A stretch of DNA of 63,627 bases, counting the filler, from Cercozoa sp. M6MM (taxonomy: Eukaryota; Protista; Endomyxa: Ascetosporea), in NCBI GenBank assembly GCA_040357565.1. It is 16 parts of 16 records of this genome, joined end to end, with 100 filler letters (N's around TTAATTAATTAA, not from the genome) between each part and the next. Parts side by side here need not be neighbours in the genome. Positions count along the whole stretch, not along the records: positions 14,827 to 21,103 come from JBDODJ010000761.1; positions 21,204 to 25,608 come from JBDODJ010001143.1; positions 25,709 to 27,317 come from JBDODJ010001976.1; 13 more parts are not named here. The stretch is one strand, 5' to 3'. The number at the start of each line of letters is the position of its first letter. Within the stretch, counting starts at the first letter, position 1. A program made the position numbers and the translations under genes. The notes beneath the pieces are model-generated. The model worked only from the letters and a program-made list of their open reading frames with translations. It did not search any database and was not told the DNA's origin. This document shows positions 14,952 to 27,417 of the stretch, one piece after another.

Positions 14952-15888
14952 CCGCCGTCCAGCTCAGCCATGGCGGCCTCCATCTCGGGTACTCTTGGCC
15001 AGAACACGCACAGCACGATCTCGTATCCGAGCGACTTTAGCGCACTGTACACGCAAAGTTTGCCCTTTCTTACTTTAATCCTCCCTCTTTACCCCCTCTT
15101 CCCTCCCCAGAGAAACCGTTACCTAAGGAAGGAGATCGTGCCGGGTCGACGTTCGTACTTGAAGCCTTCGTCCCTATATACGCAAGTGCGCTCCCCCTTA
15201 AACTAAATGCAGCCTTAAACAACTGTACCTGGTCCAAACACGTTGAACAAGGAAGTTCTCCGGGTCAATCGCGAGTGTTCGCACCGGCCGCACCTGCACA
15301 AGCACAAACGCCAAACGGGTAAAAAAAAAAAACTGATCAGTTTCAACAGAACAACAAATCAGCAGAATGCCCAAACGGACCGAAGGCGACGGTGGCGGCA
15401 CCACAAGTGACCAGTTCGAGGTCTACAATGCGTTAGAACATGCTGAGATACCTTTTACAACACAACTGAAAAAGACCTAACTTGACAAAACCAGAATTTC
15501 ATCAGTTGACACATTCCGGAGTGACCCAGCGGTCAAACACGCATGAAAAAATGAGAGAAAGTCACCGAGCGATAGAAGCTACTCATGGATTTTTTGGCGC
15601 TTTCCAGACAGGAACGAACAAACTGCCAAGACAGAGACAAAAGTGACCGACCAATCAGTTGGGCGAACTCAGCACAAGACGGTACCACGCCGGCCTCAGT
15701 GTCGCGCACTGTTGGCGCGTAAGCAACTGTTCCCACCACGGCGGACACAGTACCCAATGTCGCCCATACTCGGCGAGACTGCAACAAAAGCACAATACGA
15801 CTACAAAAACCAGAACACTAGCGCCGACAATTACCGTCTTGCGGACTTCACGCTTCTTGGCGACACTCATGCTGCGTAACCGATGCAT
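14952..15888 (-). CDS. TIM50: Mitochondrial import translocase subunit TIM50 (FCP1-like domain), 3'-truncated
   Basis: Basic presequence-like start MHRLRSMSVAKKR, one TM segment (VWATLGTVSAVVGTVAY), then RTLAIDPENFLVQRVWTRDEGFKYERRPGTISFLSALKSLGYEIVL, matching the TIM50 pattern TLV.....L.H.EW...GWR..KRPG...FL..L...YEIV. Confidence 0.75.
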
Positions 15889-16108
15889 CTTTCGTCTTGG
15901 TTACACTCTAAGGAATAGTTGGAACCAACACGACAGTGCTTGATACAAGTTATGGTTGCGGTGCTGTGGCTGTTTTTAATTTTGCTGTTGTATACGATAC
16001 TAAACCTGTACAAATGGACGCAAAAATAAGGAAATCAACTTTCCGAGTCGGCTGAACAAGCAGCGTGTCTAGAATCGTTCTCTCGCTGAGAAACTTTGCC
16101 TGTCAAAC

Positions 16109-16490
16109 ATGCTGGTACAGTCTGTGCTCGCGATGCGGACTTGCGAGAGATTTTTGCTGTTTTTGGTGATGTTTTTTGTTTGTTTGTTTGCCTTGGTGTT
16201 TTCGCGCTTGATGCGTGCTCTGTGTTGCAGTCTGCGCTCACGCTCCGCACGTCGCCGCTGGCGTTCAGCTGCATGCGCTACTCGCCCTACATTGTCACTG
16301 GCGCTGCCGTTGGTACCAGCACGTCCAAAAGACCCCCCCCCCCGTATGTTTGGCTTGTCGTAACCTAACAGGCTCCACGGCCTTCTACGTCGTGTTTGAG
16401 GCCATCTTCAACGACGAGATGAAGGAGTTCGTCTGGTCGTGCGGTCAGCGCGGTCGCGCCAACTTCCTGCGCTGGCGCGAGGAGGCCTAA
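16109..16490 (+). CDS. Small (~65 aa) single-pass membrane protein, 3 exons
   Basis: ML|SALTLRTSPLAFSCMRYSPYIVTGAAVG|STAFYVVFEAIFNDEMKEFVWSCGQRGRANFLRWREEA*; in-phase GT-AG introns and GC3-rich codons. Confidence 0.7.
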
Positions 16491-16667
16491 GTCGCTCTGT
16501 GACACTCCGCTCGAAGAACCATTATGTTCGGTGTCCGTGGCGTCTTGTGCCAAATTTCTGTTTACGTACTTCCGTACTTTCTTACAGTGCTTAATAGCCG
16601 CCGCGCCGCGTTGCACAAAAAATGGTGTGCCGATACAAGCATTGTAGTTCAGCAATGTTCGGTTCAT

Positions 16668-16790
16668 GACCGTACAATGCTACTGTTGCTGCTGATTGGA
16701 GACCGTACAATGCTGGTTGCGCGTACAATGCTGGGCTGCTGATTGGAGACCGTACAATGCTGGTTGCGCGTACAATGCTGGGCTGCTGAT
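16668..16790. repeat. Tandem repeat: 47-bp unit twice, containing five CGTACAATGCT motifs overall
   Basis: CGTACAATGCT at 16671, 16704, 16722, 16751 and 16769. Confidence 0.9.
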
Positions 16791-16909
16791 CGGTGAACGA
16801 TTGCTTTTCGTTAAAGGTGCTACAGATCTTGTTTAAGGGCACGATAGCGAGAAGGCGCGCAGCAGCTCTCGGCCTTGCCTAAACGAGCTTGTGAGTCGCA
16901 GCAGCCAAT

Positions 16910-18106
<1,197 letters not shown>

Positions 18107-18355
18107 CCCAAGCCCAACCTTAGCACACACAGTCCAAGTTGGCTTATGGTGAGTTAACTTGCACTCTCAGCTCGCCCTCTAAGTGACTTCATTTGGTTAG
18201 TACATGTGTTTTGAACACATCTAAGCGGACCAGATTCGGGTAGGTTTGCTGAAACTATTGGGGTGAAGTTCTTTCATCTTGCCTAATTTTTACACGGTGT
18301 GCTTGGGATGATAAGTCTAAAATAGTTAATGAAAGCAAACTGCGCAAAGTCGGCA

Positions 18356-19358
18356 CTAGCTTTCGGTAGCCTCATGGCTGGAGCGTCCGCGCGGAAGGTG
18401 CTTGCGCAGAATGGCGACGAACTCGGCGCGCGCAATGCCGCCCTTGTCTGTGCAGACACTGCGCTCAAAACAACAACAACATGCAGGCAGGTAGACCTAC
18501 CTTCTAAGTCGGCACGGTCCACCATGTCGCGAATCTCGTCCTGTCGACACGAGTCAGTTGAGATCATTAGAGAGCAACAGACTACAACAACAGCAGCAGC
18601 AGCAAGGAAGTTTTACGTCGGGAATCTCTTCGCCCAACTCGACGCAGACACGTTTGAGATCGTCGAAGCGCACCATGCCGTCGCCTATCCTCGCCACACG
18701 GAAGAGTCCAATCAACAGCAACAGTAGCAAGAGTACATTGAGGTGTTCCATGTGGTACCATCGACGTCAAACAACTCAAACACGCGCTCCAGGTTCTCTG
18801 GCGGCGCTTCAGGCGACACTCGGACCTGTCCGCAGTTCCTCTCACTCATCGTGACATGGAGGGAAAGAGACTGTACCGACATGGCGTCGACAAAGGCGTC
18901 AAAGTCGAGTGTTTCCGGTGCGCTGGCGAGTTTCGACACCATCAGTCCGGCGAACTGCCGAGTCAATCCACAGGGCAGTTGCAGTACAAAACACAAGCAC
19001 CCCACAGGTGGCCATACGGGACTGCGTCGGTCGTAGCCGAGTGACGACAAGGCAGCGTGCACGTCCTGTCTCGCTATCGTACCGCTGCCAACACGAGAAA
19101 GAATGAGCTTTCCGCAAAAACAACTGTGCTGAACAACACGGTACGTTTCCCGCACATCGAACAATTCAAAGGCTTGTCGCAAATCGTCGAGTTCTTCGCG
19201 CGACACACCTGGGTGCTTTTCCAGGTCTCTACATCCACCCAACCCAGTCAAGTCACTAAATTGCACCTCTTGAAATTTAGGTACAAGTAACGCTACCTGG
19301 CACTGCTACGAGAGGTGGAACCAAACACTGAGACGCTCTTGGCGCGTCGAGCACTCAT
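18356..19358 (-). CDS. Centrin/caltractin-like EF-hand protein
   Basis: EELDDLRQAFELFDVRETGTI, LDFDAFVDAMS, NLERVFELFDVDGDGMVRFDDLKRVCVELGEEIPDDEIRDMVDRAD. Confidence 0.88.
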
Positions 19359-19619
19359 ATCACAACTCACACGCAGAGAAAATCCAGAAAAAGGTTTTCG
19401 CACGCCACAAACAATCCAGTAGCTCCAATCGACACTAATTGCAATGCAAAGAGCAACTGAAACGCTTGCAGCACGCTAGACGGGACGGATCGCGAGTTGT
19501 ATTTGTGTGGTGTAGCCAGTCGTTTTTTTGTTCCAGAATAGAGGCTCTGCCACGCGTGGCAGTGTGTACACAGTGCTGTGTGGTGTTCGGTAGTGGTGAT
19601 AGAGTGCGGAAGCAAGTGA

Positions 19620-21052
19620 ATGTCGAGCGAGGAGTCGGCGAACGCGCGCGAGGTGCTGCGTCGCACCGTGGTGGTGCACGTGGGCGCACGTGCGATGCGA
19701 TTCGCGTGGGCGATCGGCGTGCCGCAGGTGGTGTCGTCGTGCGTGACGTTTCGCCGCGTGACAGGTGAGGACGGCGGCGTCCGCGCGGACGCAGTGGTCG
19801 GTGAGCCGGCTGGTGGCGACGCGACGTCGCGCACGGTGTGGCCGCTGTGTCGCGGCGGCTTCAATTTGGTACCAATTGATCCCTCTGTCAGAAGTGATCG
19901 ATCACTGGGTGACTGACTGACTGGGTGACTGACGGTGACTGGACTGACTGACTGGGTGGTCAGGGCGATCACTCGCAGCAGCAGGTGTGCGAGGCCATGT
20001 GTCACCTGCTGCGGCATGCCGTTGACACGTGTCTCACTGGGAGCGACCACTGCGCCGACGTGACGCTGGCGCTCTGCATGCCCGACACGTGGACACGGCG
20101 CGAGAGTGCGTCGTGTTTTACCCTCTCTTTCCCCCGCCATCTTTACCCCCTTCTTTACCCCCCATCTTTACCCCCCTCTACCCCTACTCTCTCCAGTTCT
20201 GGATGTATGCGATATCGCACTGCGACGTGTCGACAAAGTGGTGCCTTGTGTGAGCCTTTTACTCTTTACCCCCCCCCCAAGTACCTGTGTCACAGACAAG
20301 GCTGTTGCTACTGCCGGTGTCAACGTGTGCCGTCGTTGCGCACGGTCGCACCAGTGCCTGCGTTGCGCACATTGGCCACTCCGTCACTACAGTAGTTTTC
20401 CCCCCCCCCCCCGTATATATGAGTGTCCGCGCGGACGTGTGTGTGTGAACAGGTGACCTGCGTGCACGACCTGCTGCCGCTGCCGTCGACGCGTGTGGCG
20501 TTGAAACACTGCACGCACACGTGGCTACATGCACTGCAGTCGCATCTCGGACTACCGGTACAAATGGACCTGGGCTCTGTGTACTGGTCCAAATGGACGG
20601 GGACTTTGAACAGGACCGAGTGGAGCCGGAGCTAGCGACGGCGCTGCAGCGGTCGCTCGTGCTGCCGCCGCCGCCGCTGCTGCAGGCCGCGGCTGCTCAG
20701 GCGTAGTTTACCCCCCTCTTTACCCCCTCTTTAACCCCCCTTTACCCCTCTTTTCCACCCTTTTTTATCACCCCTTTTTACCCCCCTCTTTACCCCCCTC
20801 TTTACCCCCCTCTTTACCCCCCTTTAACCCCCCTTTAACCCCCTTTACCCCCTCTTTACCACCCCTTTTAACCCCCTTCTTTGACCCCCTTTAACCCCCC
20901 TTTAACCCCCTCTTAAGCTTCCTCTTTACTTCTCTTCCATTACCCCATTGTCTCGAGTAGACTGAAAGTGCGGCGGTACAAGCAGATCTACGGCTACCTG
21001 CCACGTGACGACGACTTCGGTGCAGCTGGCTGTTTCAATCCCCTGACCCCCG
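19620..21052 (+). CDS. Nuclear actin-related protein, ARP8-like (divergent), 3'-truncated
   Basis: TVVVHVGARAMRFAWA and VWPLCRGGFNL resemble ARP8 IVIHPGS..LRIG and HWPIRRG.LN. Confidence 0.55.
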
Positions 21053-21065
21053 GTACGGGCCGGGC

Positions 21066-21103
<38 letters not shown>

Positions 21104-21333
21104 NNNNNNNNNNNNNNNNNNNNNNNNNNNNNNNNNNNNNNNNNNNNTTAATTAATTAANNNNNNNNNNNNNNNNNNNNNNNNNNNNNNNNNNNNNNNNN
21201 NNNCCCCCCCCCCCCCAGGCGAGGAGGACACCGATGTGATCGAGGACGACGTGAGCGAGAGCAGCGAACTGCACCTGCACAGCGACGACGCCGCTTCGTC
21301 GCGCAGCAGCCGCACTGACGAGGTACGACTGCC

Positions 21334-21389
21334 CTGTGCTATGGGCTCTGTCCTATAGGCTCTGTCCTATGGGCTCTGTCCTATGAGCT
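21334..21389. repeat. Four imperfect 14-bp tandem repeats (CTGTCCTATGGGCT)
   Basis: Directly visible in the sequence. Confidence 0.85.
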
Positions 21390-21799
21390 CTTTGGGCTCA
21401 TCTTATTCTGTGTGTATGGGCTCAGAGGATACCGTCGATGCTGCTGATGCTGTACATGCTGCCGGCGTCGCTGCTGATGCTGACGCTCGGCTTCTTTCCG
21501 CTCGAGTACGCCAAGGTAGTTGTTGTTTCTTTTTATTGTTTTTTCTTGTAGCTTGATGTTGGTATATCTGTCTGGAATGAGAGGTCTTTCTTGCAGCTGA
21601 AAGAAAGCACTTTCTTGAGCGAGAAACTGGCCGAAACACTCGTAAGTTTGGTCTCTACTGGAGGGGGGGTAAGGTATAAGGGTGCGTACAGGCTTACCTG
21701 TGTCTGGGAGCACTGCTTGCCTTCTGGCTCAACATGTCGGTACTGGATTGATTTAAGCAAGTGGTAAAAACGCAGCCTAAATTAAATGTACCTGTGCAG

Positions 21800-22395
21800 G
21801 AGATGATGGTGGTGGCTGCCACCAACGGACTGACGCTGTGTGTCACAGGAGTGGCACGTCTGGTCGTCATTGTGCTCATCTCGGGCCAGGTGTTCGGACA
21901 CGAGATACACGCGCTTAACGGAATTGGCATGTCCATCTCGCTTAGCGGTACGCTAGTACTTGCATCTACCCTGCACCTTTACCCCCCCCCCGTTAGGCGC
22001 ACTGGCCTACCAGTTGCTGCGACATCGCGAGAAACTGCAACGCCAGGTTTATTTTTTTGCTTGTTTTTGTTAAAGGGGTGTTGCATCGCTCACAACTGAC
22101 CTGACTGTGCAGAGGGCTGTCGCGTCGTCCAACAATGAGGTCAGTGCCGAACTGGATGATCTGCTGACCGATGTTGAGCACCAGAAACTCGGGTATCAAG
22201 TTGTATCGATACATCCTCGTCTTGTGGATTTTCACCCACTGTTTTGTTTGTGCAGTGCCTTCACGACGGCAGAGGACGATGAAAACATCGACGCCAACAT
22301 TGCCGACTTCAGCATCGGTGGCGACGACAACCTGGACCCCGAACTAATTCCGATCGGCGAGGACGAGCAACTTGAGGACGAGCAACTACCTTGAT
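21800..22395 (+). CDS. C-terminal exons of an SLC35/triose-phosphate-transporter family protein
   Basis: EMMVVAATNGLTLCVTGVARLVVIVLISGQVFGHEIHALNGIGMSISLSG|ALAYQLLR matches the last TM helices of SLC35C2-type transporters, followed by an acidic tail. Confidence 0.75.
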
Positions 22396-23007
22396 ACTGA
22401 TTCTTATCGTTAGCGCATTCTAGCTCAACTCGATTAGCGTAGCTAGAACCCTGGGTGACTTGACCGACCGACTGATCTAGAGTGTCTTGCACATTCACAG
22501 CCCAGGGCAATCGAATGCGCAGAGGAGTACGCAGGACAGTCCACAGGGTTGCATCCTCATGCGCACGTACAAGAAACCAACTCCGACGTTCCTTCCTCGG
22601 GTTGACCTCCATACTAGTCGAAGAAAATACGGAAGAGACGCCAATGGGAGAACTTTAATCGAGCCACCGACTAAATACCTGGTCGCTCACGAATTGTGCG
22701 GCATGCAGAACGATGGTCACGGTTAGCCAATAGTGGGGTCTTCGCTTCCAACTCGGACTTCGGTATACAACAAGATCTTTAGTAAAAACTTAGTAAATTA
22801 CTTGTATTGGTACATTAGTCACTCAATTGTATGTATTAATACAGTAACTTGATGATTATACAGGAAAAGCATCACACGTAAGTTAGGGGGCATGGCGGGG
22901 CTTTTCGAGGCAAAACCGACCCCCCCCCCGCCAAATCTACCCCTTTAACCCCTTTTAGCCCCCAGTTAGTGCTTGGCTACAGTACTACGCTAAAACTAGT
23001 ACGCGTA

Positions 23008-23570
23008 TGTTACAGCATGAACTACTGTATCCGCGCGGAAGCAACCCTACAACTTAAAAAAATCCTCAAGAGAGGTGTGAAGATTTGACGTGTATTTGCT
23101 GGTATCCTGACCTACTGAGAGCTTCAGTCCAGACTGTGGAACACCTGTGTTTGAGTAGGAAAGCCTTGAGCAAGCTTTTTGCAGCTGAACTCAAAGAAGG
23201 GCTCTCTCTCGACCAGGTAATCTGATCTCTCCAGGACCAGTTGTCTTCGCTTCTACCTGTCCTCTGCCTTTCCAGGGGCCCTTCTTTTCTTTACTTCCAA
23301 CTCAAGTACTTCTGAATCCTCACTACTCAGTTCTCACGACGCCTTTCCGTCTCAAGGACTCTTTATACTGACTGTCCTTTCTACAGTTCCCATCTGACGG
23401 GTGACTGTCCCGTCCACCACCAGTGCTTTGCCGCCCAACTGAACCGTTGGGGTAACTCACTCTTTCAAACTGACACTTGGCCACTCTCCCTCCAAGAACA
23501 GACTTTATTACGTTCCTTAGTTTTTTTGTATCACTGGCAAAGTACCCTATCTGAGAGGGCTGCGGTAACA
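23008..23570. mobile_element. 563-bp TGT...ACA element with 4-bp TSD (CGTA); solo-LTR-like or Ginger-like non-autonomous element, copy 1
   Basis: Ends TGTTACAGCA / TGCGGTAACA (9/10 inverted match); CGTA at 23004-23007 and 23571-23574; homologous to 56208-56662. Confidence 0.88.
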
Positions 23571-23653
23571 CGTACGTACGATGAGTTACGACCATAAGCT
23601 ACAGAAACCGACGCCAGTCGTGTTAAGCACTAGTCGGTGGCAGCACCCTTAGA

Positions 23654-25562
23654 CTAAGCCGAGTCGGTGGCAGCAGCGGCAACGAGGACGGTTTCCTCTG
23701 CAGTGTTGGTGTCAGCAGTGGTGACCGCAGTAGTGTCAGCAGTAGTGTCAGCAGGGTCTGACTGTTCCTCCGAAGTAGCACTGGTGCTGGCCTTCTTGGT
23801 GTCGGCACTGGTGGCGTCTTTGGCAACATCGTCAGCTTCAGCACCGGCAGAGGCTTCAGCAGAGACGGAGACACTTTCCGGCACTGTCGACTCTTCTTTG
23901 TCGCAGTCGTCCTTCTAAGCGGGAGGTATGGGGTCGAAGGTTGGGGGTAAAGACACGGAAAAGTACCGACTGCTGCTGCTCGAGTTGTTTCACGCGTTCG
24001 CGCAGCTTACGAAGTTCGCAGTCGCCGAAAGCTGATTCACCTTGAGGCTACGGGGGGGAGGGGGGGGGGTAAAGAGGGAAGGTGGGTGACAATAAAGGCT
24101 ACAATCGGCAGTGGCGGCTCCTTTGTCTTGCCTTGTTTTGGCGTCATTGTCTACCCCATATAGGAGGGATAGGGGGGGGGGGGGTAAGATAGGGTAGCGA
24201 TAGGGCAACACACCAGTCGCACGGCGCGATTGTCGAGTCGCATCAGTTCCTCGCGACCCTGCGACGAGTGCGCCTTCATCTGCGTTAACCCAGGGGGTGA
24301 ATAAGAAAGAAAGAGAGGTATGGAGGGTCAAAGTGTACGATGAATCGAGGAGCATCGCCAACGCGAACGTGGACACCAATCACGTCCATTTCGACCCAGC
24401 TACAACGGGGGGGGGGGTAAGAGTAATAAGGGAGGGTCAGGGTAACGGGTTCAGGGTAAGGGGGGTCAGGGTAAGGGGTCAGGGTAAGGGAGTAAAGGAA
24501 GCTACCGAGTGAGGAAGGAATCGTAGACCCAGATACTTCGTCCGACCAGCTGTGTTGGTACAAATGGACAACCGAGGTACAAATCAACAACCGAGGTACA
24601 AATGGACCGGATAAACGTACGGTGGTGGGCTCAGCGTTGGCCTTGCGAATCGCTTCGGTCTCGTCTTCTTGACCCTTCTCCTGTCAACCAATGTTAATAC
24701 CCTCTTTACCCCTTTACCCCTAGCTCCCATGTTTACCCCATATCCTACCCTAATTTACCCTAGTACCCCCATTTATCCTTGTATCCCCAATTTATCCTTG
24801 TACCCCCCATTTATCCTTGTACCCCCACTCGTTTAGCCCTGTGGTACCGCAAGCTGCAGGCGTTTGGTCTCGGCGTCGGGCACGAGGGTGTGTCGGTCCA
24901 CGCGGACGACAGGCGGCATGACCACCTTGAGTGGCAGCTTGATCTCGCCGCTCTTGAGCTGCTCCAGCAGCATGACGCGGATCTCCTTGACGTTGCGTAC
25001 GGCCTTGCCCGACCCCGGCGGCATGTACCTCTTGTACGTCGAGTTGTGTGTCATTGTCTCCTACACCGGGGGGGGGGGGTAGGGGTAAGAGGTAGGGGTA
25101 ATGGGTAGGGTAATGGGTAGGGGTAATGGTTAGGGTAATGGGTAGAGGTACCTCGACCCGCCAGTGCTCGGGCAGGTAGAGTCGGCGACCAGAGTATCGC
25201 ACGAACTCGCAGATCTCCTCCTCCGAGTTCAGCAGACGCGTCTGCGGCACCTTCACTTCTGCGCAGAGCTTACCTCCCGTTTACCCCCCCCCCCCATTAC
25301 CCCTACCATTACCCCTACCATTACCCCTACCCCTACCCCTACCCCTACCCCTACCCCTACCCCTACCCCTACCCCTACCCCTACCCCTATCCCTACCCCT
25401 ACCCCTACACTCTACCCCTTCCTTACCCCTCCCTCCCAGAGAACACGCGTACCAGACTTGGCAGAGCGTTTGCCGCGCGAGCGTTTCTTGGAGGCGCCGG
25501 TGGACCGACCGCTGCGACGACGCGATCGACTGGTCGGAACTGCCGCCTCTTCTTGCTGCAGC
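23654..25562 (-). CDS. Chromatin-reader-like protein: MBD-like domain, Tudor-like domain and an Ala/Thr/acidic tail; 5'-truncated
   Basis: LPEHWRVE|[31 protein letters not shown] (MBD-like); [15 protein letters not shown]|[23 protein letters not shown]..|[14 protein letters not shown] (Tudor-like). Confidence 0.55.
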
Positions 25563-25789
25563 TGGGGGAGGGGTAAAGGGGGGGTAAGGGGGGGGGGGGG
25601 GGGGGGGGNNNNNNNNNNNNNNNNNNNNNNNNNNNNNNNNNNNNNNNNNNNNTTAATTAATTAANNNNNNNNNNNNNNNNNNNNNNNNNNNNNNNNNNNN
25701 NNNNNNNNGGGGGGCAAAGAGGGGGCAAAGAGGGGGGTAAAGAGGGGGGTAAAGAGGGGGGCAAAGAGGGGGTAAAGAGGGGGGTAAAA

Positions 25790-27317
25790 CCACAGCCAGC
25801 CCGACATGTCGACCCAGCGAGCGCCGCAGAGTCGCGGCACGTCGAGTGCCACGTCGACGGCCGTGCACAGCAGACGGTTGGCCCGACCGTCAGTGTCGCC
25901 CTGAGTGTCACCCTCAGTGTCGGTGGTATCATCCTCAGTCACGACACGTGCCACACCGTCGGCCAGTACAGTCACCACGTGTCCGTCGCCGTGACACACG
26001 TCCAGTGCCGCCAGCGGCAGCACCGCGCGTCGACGCTCCTCGTTCGCCTGGGGTGGGGGGTAAGGGGTAAGGGGTAAGGGGTAAGGGGTGAGGGGTAAGG
26101 GGTAAGGGTAAGGGGTCAGGGGATGGGGGGGGGTAGGGGAGGGGGGCTAAACTACATTGACACAGGCCACTCGGCCAAAGTGCGTGGCCGCCGCCGCCAC
26201 GCGACGCAGGAAACTGCGCAGTGCCTCGGGCAGTCGCTGCTGCGGCGACTGCATCAGCAAGGCCACGGCGTCGTCGTGCGACGGCTATCGGGGGGGGGGG
26301 GGCCCGCCCCGCCCCGGCAGGGGCCCCCTGGGGGGAGACACGGGGGAGTATACCAGCAGCGCCTCGGCCAGGTGACTCGGCAGCAGGTGCAACTGGCGGC
26401 ACCACGCGTCCAGCGACATCACCGACTCTGCGCACACACTTAACCATGTCCAGACAGACGTCCAGACAGACAGTCCAGACAGACGTCCAGACGGACAGTC
26501 CGGATGGACAGTGTACCGGTCATGGAGTGCCGCAGCTGCGTCACGAGCGGTCGCAGCGAGACCTGCGCGAAGCGGTTCACCACGCGTCGCAGGTCGCGTC
26601 GCTCGGCACCGTCGCTCCCACTGATCGCCTGAGTGATCGCCTGGGTGATCGCACCGTCAGTGGTCACCTGAGTGATCGTCTGAGTGATGGCAGCATCACC
26701 GTCAGTGTCACTGTGATCATCATCAGTCTCAGTGGTGGCACCACCGTCCGTGACCACACCGAGTGACTCCGACTCCGACGACTCCGACAACAACAGCGCC
26801 GCCGCCGCCTCGTCCGACTCCGCCGCGCCCGCCTCGAACGCCGCCTGCACCGCACCTGCCCAGGGGGGGGGGGGGGGGAAAGGGGGGGGGAAGGGGGGGG
26901 GGCAAAGGGTAGAGATGGGTACGTTCAGCCAGTTCGTCGCTGAACAAGGCCTCGTCCATTTCGGCGAGACTGCAACTGGAAGGTAGGGGGGGGGGGTAAA
27001 AGGGGGGGCATAACTTTACCAACGTGCAGCACACAGCGCAGTGGAGACGTCGTTTTCCACCGCAGCAGCACGCAGAGTGTCCTGTCCGTACAGCCCAAGT
27101 GGTAGGGTAGGAGTAGGGGTAGGGGTAAAGAGGATAGGGTAGAGGGTATACCACGAGTATGGTGGCACAGTCGACACGCAGAGGATGCGGCAACAACAGC
27201 AACAACGCTCGTACCGCCCTTGCAAAGGCGTGTGCTAGGTAGCAAGGGGTTAAGAGGGTATGAATGGGATGGGGGGGGGAGGGTAAACTACCCTCTGCAG
27301 TGGCGGCACGGCGCAGC
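25790..27317 (-). CDS. Hypothetical multi-exon protein fragment
   Basis: GC-rich exons (e.g. within ORF 26440-26850) separated by G/C-run introns. Confidence 0.45.
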
Positions 27318-27417
27318 NNNNNNNNNNNNNNNNNNNNNNNNNNNNNNNNNNNNNNNNNNNNTTAATTAATTAANNNNNNNNNNNNNNNNNNNNNNNNNNN
27401 NNNNNNNNNNNNNNNNN

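Noticed and set aside
23323-23595. 90-aa ORF within the TGT..ACA element as a gene
   Set aside because: It crosses the element boundary and is disrupted by indels in the second copy.
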